NCBI RefSeq assembly: GCF_036321535.1
Contig: NC_087472.1
Coordinates: 100,628,001 to 100,692,000, forward strand
DNA: 64,000 nucleotides
DNA from: Camelus dromedarius
Lineage: Eukaryota
Direction of reading: 5' to 3'
Shown here: positions 54,483-64,000 of the stretch, one piece after another
How the letters are laid out: each line of letters starts with the position of its first letter
Numbering within the stretch: the first letter of the stretch is position 1
Notes under the pieces: generated by a model
What the model was told of the DNA's origin: nothing
Databases searched by the model: none
What the model saw: the letters and a program-made list of their open reading frames with translations, nothing else
Translations under genes and position numbers: made by a program

Positions 54483-55053
54483 TGTCTTTTTATTCTGTAT
54501 TTTTGATACTTTGACCTTTTGGTGCCTTGTTGACCCTGGAGAAGAGACTGCCCCTCCCAGGGCTAGCTAATTCCTAGAGATAGTAAATGACCTGCCTTTT
54601 GTATGTAAATAAGAGTGCCTTTCATATGCAAACCAACTGATCTAGAGCTAACACTCAAAAGTTGTCCTTCATGGAGTTCTCACACTCAGGGCCACTATTC
54701 CCCTGCCCCAATCACCCCAGGGCCAGGTACCAGACAATTTCAGATAACCCTTATGCCTCAGGGCCTGCTGAAATTATCCAAACTAGCCAATCCTAAACCT
54801 GTTTACACTGCTTCACGCAACCCTTCCCACAGAAACCACAATAAAGGCTCTTGCAGGTGTTTTCCCTCATTCTCTCTGCCTTTGACCTGCCCTGATGCTT
54901 CTCCATGTGCCCACTGCCCGGCCCAGTGCGGTGCGCCATGTCTCCCGTTTCTAAGGAACTGTAAGTACAAACCTTTTCCTTCATGACAGTCATTTCCATC
55001 TGGGCATGTTTTACCATAACTGAGTAAAATAAATCTCAGGTACCTTTAAAACA
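54483..55053 (+). mobile_element. Solo LTR, MER34/MER39-like (ERV1), in a short PPEF1 intron
   Basis: TG...CA ends; cccctcccagggctagctaattcctagagatag, catatgcaaaccaa and cacaataaaggctc motifs. Confidence 0.78.
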
Positions 55054-55287
55054 ATGGAATATGTTTACATCTATGCTGAAACTTACACAAAAATCACAAT
55101 GAAAAACCCTGGTTTAGTCCAAGAAGAAAAACAGATCTCTACCATGGTCAGGGCTTCATTTTGTGCTTTTATTTTATTGTAATGAATTCTGACTAGTTCT
55201 TCCATCACCCTTCTTGAAGTTTTTTTTTTTTTTTTTACTTCTATGTATAAAGAACAAAAAGAATGCAAAAAAGTTGTTGAGTCTTAC

Positions 55288-55324
55288 CTTATATTTATGC
55301 AAAATTTCTTTTGTGAAGCCATAC
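55288..55324 (-). CDS. PPEF1: PPEF1 37-nt coding exon: (R)YGFTKEILHKYK
   Basis: ttttcag|G TAT GGC ... AAG|gtaaga. Completes the split Arg codon and restores phase 0. Confidence 0.95.
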
Positions 55325-56665
55325 CTGAAAAAAATGGGATTTAAACTATTTTATTAAATGTTGATAACTCCTACTTACATGAGTCATGCAAAAAAGGGAG
55401 CCTTGACATCACAAGTATCAAGAACTCAAGAAACCAGACTTTAGTTGGAAGTATTACTTACCCAAGTCTTTGCTAGGCATGATGGGAAAGAACAAACGCA
55501 GCTGATGACATCATCCCTACCCTCAAGGAGCTGAGTATACTTGGGAAAAGAAGATAAATTTCCATGGAACAATTATAAGGCAACTTAAGAAATATGTGGT
55601 TGGCACAAGTTGCGTAAGTATTGCTAGGATTCAGAGACATATGCTGCGGCAGCTGGGGAAGGTGTGGGAGAACGCTTTTCATTTAGATAGAATTTCTTAG
55701 ACATCCTGTATCTTATAGTAAATGAATTATTGGCAAGGGGAGGGGGGAGAAGGGGGAAGACTGAACAAAGACAAAGAAAAGCCTAGAAGATAACAAGTTG
55801 GTTCTTTATATTCTCTCTGATATAGTTCATGTAATGGTATTGAAGGTTTTAATAGAAAGTGTCAGGAATTTTAATGCCTGAATGGCAAACACCAAGGAAG
55901 ATTTAATGATGGTTTTTTTTTTTCAATTACTTTCCTTGCCTTAGGACAATAATATACACCTTTAACATCCAACACAGTGAAATTAGAACATAGCATACTC
56001 ACTCCAGGCTTCCGTGCAGATCATGTCATGTGAAGCTTCTATAGTGTAACGCTATGTTTTCCAAGTTAAATTCAGTCCTGCCTACTCAACAGCACCTCAA
56101 ATCAGCTTACCCCAAACTGAACTCATCATTCTCCCTCATCCCAACTTTCTCCTCTTATCATGTTCCCAATATTAGTGATAGTCCAAATTCAAGCTAGGCC
56201 CTGGAGGTCATCCTCAATTCTCTCTTCTTTCAAGTCCTCTATACCACATAACTAAGCCTTAAATCACTGCCTAAACTCCTCCTGAATGTATCTACTTCTT
56301 TGGATCTCCATCTCTACCACCCGAGTCTAAGTGAAAATCCATCACCTATCTCTTCAACTACTTCCTAATTGATCTCTCCATATCCATTCTTGTCACTCTC
56401 TAAATAACTCTTCCGGCTGCATTTTACAGCACAAATTTTATGATACTCTTCTATAGTTTTCCCTTGTCCTCAGAAGAAAGTCCAAATTCCTTTGCATGAT
56501 CCAGTCATTTCTTAGGTCTCTAGCCCTATCAGGTACCATCCTGTCCTTCAGTCTATGTGCCTACAATCCTGAATTTCTTTCAAGTCTAAAGTCCTTTCTC
56601 AAGCTCTGCATAAGTTGTGTCCTCACTGTGGAATATTGTTTCCCATCTGCCTGCCATGGTCCTCT

Positions 56666-59600
56666 ATTTTTTTTTTTTTAACATCTTTACTGTGGTATGG
56701 TTCCTGTACAATAAACTACACATATTTCAGATGTACAACTTGATGAATTTTGGTAGATGTATACACCAATGAAACCACTACCTCAATCAAGATAGCTAAC
56801 ATTTCCATCACTCCCCTAAGAGGTACAACTTTTGAATTCCCAATTTATCCCTTCCCATCCTCTTTACCCCCTGGTAATCATAAGTTTCTTCTCTATGTCT
56901 GTGAGTCTGTTTCTGTTTTGTAGATAAGTTCATTTGTGTCCTTTTTTAGATTCTACATATAAGCAATATTACATGGTATTTTCTTTCTCTTTCTGGCTTA
57001 CTTCACTTAGAATGATGATCTCCAGGTCCATCCATGTTGCTGCAAATGGCATTATTTCATTCTTTTTTATGGCTGAGTAGTATTCCAGTGTGTGGGATCT
57101 TCTTTACCCAGTCATCTGTCGATGGACATTCAGGTTGTTTCCATGTCTTGACTATTGTAAATAGTGCTGCTGTGAACATTGGGGTTCATGTGTCTTTTCG
57201 AATTATATTTTTCTGCAGACATATGCCCAAGAGTGGGATTGCTGGATCATATGGTTAGTATATTTTTAGTTTTTTAAGGAACCTCCTTACTGTCCTCCAT
57301 AGTGGCTGCACCAATTTACATTCTCACCAACAGTGTAGGAGGTTCCTTTTTCTCCACACTCTCTCCAGCATCTATTTGCTTGTGGATGTTTTAATGATGG
57401 CCATTCTGATTGGTGTGAAGTGATATCTCATTGTAGTTTTGATTTGCATTTCTCTAACAATTAGTGATGTTCAGCATCTTTTCATGTGCTTGTTGGCCAT
57501 CTGGATGTCTTCTTTGGAGAGATGTCTATTTAGGTCTTCTGCCCAGTGTGTGATTGGGTTGTTTGTTTTTTTTGTTTGTTTGTTTGTTTTTGTTATTAAG
57601 GTTTATGAGCTGTTTTGTTTGTGTATTTTGGAAATTAGTCCCTCGTCAGTCACATTATTTGCAAATATTTTCTCTCATTACGTAGGTTGTCTTTCTGTTT
57701 TGTTGATGATATCCTTACCTGTGTAAAAGCTTTTAAGTTTAATTAGACCCCATTTGTTTATTTTTGCTTTTATCTCCATTACTCCAGGAACTGGTTCAAA
57801 AAATATATTGCTGTGATTTATGCCCAAGAGTGTTCTGCCTATGTTTTCCTCTAGGAGTTTTACAGTATCTGGTCTTACATCTAAGTCCTTAATACATTTT
57901 GAGTTTATTTTTTAATATGGTATTAGAGAATGTTCTAATTTCAGTCTTTTACATGTAGCTGTCTAGTTTTCCGAGCACAACTTATTAAAGGGACTGTCTT
58001 TTCTCCGTTGTATATTCTTGCCTCCCTTGTCATAGATTAATTGACCATAAGTGCGTGGGTTTATTTTTGGATTTTCTATCCTGTTTCATTGATCTATGTG
58101 TCTGTTTTTGTGCTGGTACCATACTGTTTTGATTACTGTAACTTTGTAGTATGGTCTGAAGTCAGTGAGTGTGACTCCCCCAGCCCCATTCTTCTTTTTC
58201 AAGACTGTTTTGGCTATTCAGGGTCTTTTGTGTTTCCATACAAATTTTAACATTTTTTGTTCCATCTCTGTGAAGAATGTCATTGGTAATTTGATAGGGA
58301 TTGCATTGAATCTGTATATATTGCCTTGGGTAGTATAGCCATTTTAACAACATTGATTCTTTCAATCCAAGAACACGGTATATCTTTCCATCTGTTTACG
58401 TCATCTTCATTTTCTTTCATCAGTGTCTTATCGTTTTCAGAGTACAGGTCTTTTGCCTCCTTGGGTAGGTTTATTCCTAGGTATTTTATTCTTTTTGGTG
58501 CAATGGTAAATGGTATTGTTTCCTTAATTTCTTTGTCTGCTATTTCATTGTTAGTGTACAGAAATGCAACTGATTTCTGCATCCTATGACTTAACTGAAT
58601 TCATTGATGAGTTCTAGTAGTTTTCTGGTTGCTTCTTTAGGGTTTTCTATGTACAGTACCATGTCATCTGCAAACAGTGACAGTTTTACTTCTTCATTTT
58701 CAATTTGGATTCCCTTTATTTCTTATTGTTCTCTGATTGCTATGGCTTCCAAAACTATGTTGAATAAAAGTGGCAAGAGTGGGCATCCTCGTCTTGTTTC
58801 TGATCTTAGAGGAAATGCTTTCAGCTTTCCCCCATTAAGTATGATGTTAGCTGTGGGTCTGCCATATATGGCCTTTATTATGTTGAGGTATGTTCCGCCT
58901 GTGCTCACCTCCTGGAGAGTTTTTATCATAAATGGATGCTGAATTTTATCAAAAGCTTTTTCTGAATTTGTTGAGACGATCATAGGGTTTTTATTCTTCA
59001 GTTTGTTAATGCGGTGTATCACATTGATTGATTTGCAAATATTGAAAAATCCCTGCATTCCTGGGATAAATCCCACTTGATCATGATGTAAGATCCTTTT
59101 AATGCATTGTTGGAGTCAATTTGCTAGTATTTTGTTGAGGATTTTTGCATCTATATTCATAAGTGATATTGGCCTATAATCTTCTTTTTTTGTGATATCT
59201 TTGTCTGGTTTTGGTATCAGGGTGATGGTGGTCTCATAGAATGAGTTTGGAAGTGTTCCTTCCTCTGCAATTTTTTTGGAAGAGTTTCAGAAGGATAGGT
59301 ATTAACTCTTCTCTGAATGTTTGGTAGAATTCACCTGTGAAGCCATTTGTCCTGGCCTTTTGTTTGTTGGGAGTTTTTAAATTACTGATTCAATTTCAGT
59401 ACTGGTAATTGGTCTATTTATATTTTCTATTTCTTCTTTATTCAGTCTTGACAAATTGTATCTTTCTAACAAATTGTCCATTTCTTCTGTGTTGTCTTTT
59501 CTGTTGGTGTAGAGTTGCTCATAGTAGCCTCTTATGATCCTTTGTATTTCTGTGGTGTTGGTTGTAATGTCTCCATTTTCATTTCTAATTTTTACTAATT

Positions 59601-60839
59601 TGGGCCCTCCCCCTTTTTTTCTTGATGAGTCTGACTAAAGGTTTATTAACTTGGTTTATGTTTTCAAAGAACCAGCCTTTAGTTTCATTGATCTTTTCTA
59701 ATTTTTTTTAGTCTCAATTTCATTTATTTCTGCTCTAAACTTTATGATTTCTTTTCTTCTATTGACTTTGGGTTTTGTTTGTTCTTCTTTCTCTAGCTGC
59801 TTTAGGTGTAAGGTTAGGTTGTTTAATTGAGATTTTTCTGGTTTCCTGAGGTAGGCTTGTATCATTATAAACTTCCCTCTTAGAACTGCTTTTGCTGCAT
59901 CCCAGAGGTTTTGTATCATTGTGTTTTCATTTTTATTTGTCTCAAAGTATTTTTTGATTTCCTCTTTGATCCATTGATTGTTTAGTAGCATATTGTTTAA
60001 CTTCCACATGTTTGCAGTTTTTGCAGTTTTTTTTTTTTCTTGTAGTTGATTTCTAGCCTTATAGCACTGTGGTTGAAAAAGATGCTTGGTACAGGTATAA
60101 TTTTCTTATATTTACTGAGGCTTGCTTTGTGGGCCAGCATGTGGCCGATTCTGGAAAATGTTCCATATGCACTTGAGAAGATTGTGTATTCTGTTGCTTT
60201 TGGATGGAATGCTCTATAGATAGCAATTAAGTCCCTCTGGTCTAAAGTGTTATTTAGGGCCTCTATTTCCTTATTGATTTTCTGTCTCGATGATCTGTCC
60301 ATTGATGTAAGTGGGGTGTTAAGGTCCCCCACTATTATTGTGTTATTGTTGATTTCTCCTTTTATGTCTGTTAACAATTGCCTTATACATTGAGGTGCTC
60401 CTATGTTGGGTGCATATATATTTATAATTGTTATATCCTCTTCTTGGATTGATCGCTTAAGCATTATGTAGTGTCCTTCTCTGTCTCTTGTAACAGTCTT
60501 TATTTTAAAATCTACTTTATCTGATACAAGTATTGCTACTCCAGCTTTATTTTGGTTTCCATTTGCATGGAATATCTTTTCCCATCACCTTACTTTCAGC
60601 CTGCATGTGTCTCTAGCTCTGAAATGGGTCTCTTGTAGACGGCATACATATGGGTCTTATTTTGGTATCCATTCATCCAATCTATGTCATTTGGCTGGAG
60701 CATTTAATCCATTTACATTTAAGGTAATTATCAATACATACGTTCTTATTGCCATTTTGTTCATTGTTTTGGGTTTGTTTTTGTAGGTCTTTTTTTCTCT
60801 TTCTTCTTTTTGTTCTCTTTTCTTGTGGTTTGATGACTA
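56666..60839 (-). mobile_element. ~4.2-kb 5'-truncated LINE-1 (degenerate ORF2), sense to PPEF1, inserted into an L2
   Basis: Several minus-strand ORF2 fragments ([28 protein letters not shown]). Poly-T at 56667-56678. L2 sequence continues on both sides. Confidence 0.93.
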
Positions 60840-62005
60840 TGTCATGTCCCTCTCTTGGTCTAATTCATCCTTCAGGTCTCAGCCTAATGCCATACTTCTA
60901 TGGGAGAAGCTTCCAGCACCCACCAGACAGGCTGGATCCCCTACATTTGAAAAACCTGGTCAACTTGTGTCTTCCCTGCTAGATGTAAACTCTAGGAAGG
61001 CAGGGGCCATGTCTCTTTCACTAACCATTGTAGACACTAGATAAATGCAACTCATGAAATAAATGGAAGGGTAAATGGCATGCCCAAATAAACGTACCGA
61101 GCTATATAATGGGCCTCTGAAAATAGCCTTGGGATTTTTATCTTCATAATCTTAGCAATTGCATCCATACCTGAGGATTAGAATTGAAACTCTGTATTCA
61201 GGCCAGGTGCCAAAACTGCCCCAAAGACAAAACTAATCAGTTGCTGAGCTTTGATCAATGTACCCTAGGACCAAAGCATGAAATATACCATGGCTTCTAC
61301 TTCTCTAGAGCAAACCAGATTCTGTTTTTCATGAAATAAGAAACAAAAGAAAAAGAAAAGGAGAACAAAAGGAAGGGGAAGAGAAGGAAGAAAAGGAAGA
61401 GGAGGAAAGAAGGGAAAGGAGAACATTTGTCACTTACTGTATATTTTAGCAAAAATTAGTAAACCATTTAACCAATCTTTATTCCTCAAATCTCCAATGA
61501 GTCAGATAGTTGAAATGCTATGTTACAGCTGTTCTCAAATATGTTTATGAACAACTATGCCAGAAGCAATCACCATGTCATAAAAAAAATACACATCCAT
61601 GAAAAACACAGTACTAGTTTCTGAGACAACATCTGAGGCAAGCCAAAAGACTGGCAACAGAATGATTCCATTTAAACCTACTCGTAGATCCTACCACACC
61701 TCCAAACCTGGCCTAACACATCTGCCCAGCTCATGATTTGGCCTATGAAGGGTAGGTGTGGAAAGAAGAACATAATAGAAGGGAGAAGGAAGAACTGGAA
61801 GAAAAGATCAGAAGAGGACTTCAGAGCAATTTACACTCACTCAGTAGAAGACTGGGGAAGGTACAGAGGGATAAGAATTGAGGTTTTCCTTGAGATTTCC
61901 CCTTATCCCTACTTCTCTACACTCACCTCTAACACTCTGCTAGGAACTAAACATGGCAGCATTTTCCAGAATAGAAAACAAAGGAAATCTATAGGCCTAG
62001 GTTAC

Positions 62006-62172
62006 CTCATATTCATCATAAAATCTTCATGGTTGCCTCTGTTCAAGTGCAGGTCATTGGGGTAGACAAGAAAACTCACTAACAGGATCATTAGGACCTC
62101 CATGGAATTTCTTCCTCGATCTACAAAATCACCATTAAAAACATATGGGTTGCTCACTGAGGGGAGACCATT
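62006..62172 (-). CDS. PPEF1: PPEF1 coding exon (first in window): NGLPSVSNPYVFNGDFVDRG...LNRGNHEDFMMNM(R)
   Basis: Contains the PPP motifs GDFVDRG and RGNHE. Acceptor cag at 62175-62173, donor AG|gtaacc. 167 nt, phase 0 to 2. Closely matches mammalian PPEF1 as recalled. Confidence 0.97.
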
Positions 62173-63379
62173 CTGTGGAAGGAAGCAGGAAAAAAACAAG
62201 CAGTTAAAAGAATGTACTTTTAAAGAAAGGCTTTGTACTCAATATCCCTGTGGATATGGAGAAAAGAGGCCAAGTCAGTGCTGGGAAAAACCTGCTCACT
62301 CACTCGAGTCAGTTTCACTCTTCCAGGGCAGGCATCCCCTGCAAGGGACTTTGAAAGTGAAGAATAAGCTTCAGACAGGAAGGTTCCAGGGAGACAAGGA
62401 CTGGTCATTCTACACACCATCACCTATTACGAGTTTTCTCTGAAAGAAATGGATTATTTGTCCTATCAAAAATGGCTACTCTCATCTCCTCCTTGGGTAG
62501 AAATTTCCCTCTTCTATCCAAGGAAGAGTACTGAACTAAGAGCCAAAAGTCTTTCTTTCTAAGGGACCCTATGTTTAACTTCTCTGGGCTGTCAGTCCCT
62601 CAATTTGGAAAAAAAAGGGATAACACTATATTCTCCACACACACCCCAACTACAGATTAAGTGAGAGAATGAATATGAAAATACTCAGGAAAGTGTAAGG
62701 TTCTGCCCAACTGTGAGGAGGGCTAATACACCATCAGTACACTCTGATACAATCATACCAGGTGTTGCCAGTGTATGTTTTGACTGCTCACTGACCAGGT
62801 CATGTTAGTTGTTAAATATTTTGATTACCCCTCCTGAGTATGTGATAACACTTTTAACACAGTCTTTGCATGAAAAAGGACTGGGATCAGGACAAAGGTC
62901 TGGTCTTTATAGCAGCTACTGATTCATTTACTTCTGTACTAATATACTCTAAGACAAAACACATGCCATGCCTGGTAGGGAAATGGTTGCGTGCATCTCT
63001 AGTGCATGGTAAGATAAATTCAAATGTTTAAAAAATATATTACAAGGAGAAAATTTTAAGTACTCATATATCCAAATATATATTCTCCTTCAAAAAAAGT
63101 TATCTTCAAGAAATAATTCACATATTCTAGTTATATTAATCTTTCAAACGATTTTCAAATTTCTTTTTTGTTAGATTTCAAATTATGTAAGAAAATCTTA
63201 TTACTTTATACTCACCACCAAGTATTTATATATATTTTAAACTGTTCATATCAATGTGATAGAAACAGTTGAAAAAATATAATACAGGTTACAGCATATA
63301 ACTTAGGGATTCCAGAAATCATTATGCAATAAAACATGTTCTGAAGGCAATTGGAAACAAACAAGCAAGCAAGCTGTGG

Positions 63380-63610
63380 TGTGGTATTCTGGGTAAGAAG
63401 GTTTATTCTCCAATCCAGCTCCACTATTACCCATGTGTCCTTGGACAAGTTATCTACTCTTTATGAACTGTAGTTTCCTCATCTGTTAAATGGGAATAAT
63501 AACATCCATCCTTATCACACAGAGCTACTTTGGAACTCAAATGAGACTGTGTGTATAAAATTGCATGAAAACCATACAGCACCATACAAATTAAGAGAAT
63601 AATTTTATTA
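63380..63610 (+). mobile_element. MIR SINE
   Basis: ccagctccactattacc..tgtgtccttggacaagtta...gtttcctcatctgttaaatgggaataata. Confidence 0.8.
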
Positions 63611-64000
63611 TAACTTCCATGTTATTTCTAATTTTAAGATCTCATTATTTTACATTTTCTTATACATTAATTCACGTAACTTTATTCACACTGGGCTTAG
63701 ATAGTATGAGCCAGTTATAAAAGTATAGGCTACTGCTCATCAAAACTTAAAGAAAAGGGGAATGATTCTGCATCTCTAATACTCTTCTTTCCCCCAGACT
63801 TCAGCTGGCTGGAATGAGTAAGCTGGAGAAGTCTGAGGGGTGTTAGAGGCTATAGGTTCTACCAGGATGTCGAGGCCTAAAGGGGGCTTGAGCAGCAGCA
63901 GTGGAGAGCCCTGGGGTGAGAACATGGAAGAACTAGGCCCGAGGGGACATGTGGATCTCTTGGCTAAGGGGACACTCTCCCTCAGAGCATGTATGTGGTT

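Noticed and set aside
54031..54483. 150-aa ORF read as a stand-alone gene (likewise 29910-30317)
   Set aside because: These are PPEF1 exons with chance in-frame extension into flanking intron.
62173..64000. Upstream PPEF1 exon encoding GDLHG
   Set aside because: I searched the minus strand by eye and did not find it; it presumably lies beyond the window.

Overview
Mammalian genomic DNA, most likely camelid: five tRNA-Ala(AGC)-derived SINEs match the camelid vic-1 type as I recall it. The minus strand carries the 3' part of PPEF1 (serine/threonine phosphatase with EF-hands 1, PP7/rdgC family; X-linked in eutherians). Ten coding exons (62172 down to the stop at 27680) splice in frame to 1395 nt, i.e. 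464 aa plus stop. They encode most of the PPP catalytic domain and the EF-hand region; the upstream exons lie beyond the right edge. The rest is very repeat-rich: a degenerate full-length L1, many truncated and nested L1s, solo LTRs, Tigger/hAT DNA-transposon fossils, MIR and L2. The best leads are (i) a ~410-bp 'mini-L1' made only of an L1 5' promoter end joined to an L1 3' UTR, with a junction resembling a splice, (ii) two L1s with transduced or chimeric 3' ends, (iii) an obligatory GC-AG intron in PPEF1, and (iv) a D-to-N change in the D(I/L)LWSDP phosphatase motif. I see no convincing novel protein-coding gene. Repeat family names are from recall, not from a database search.
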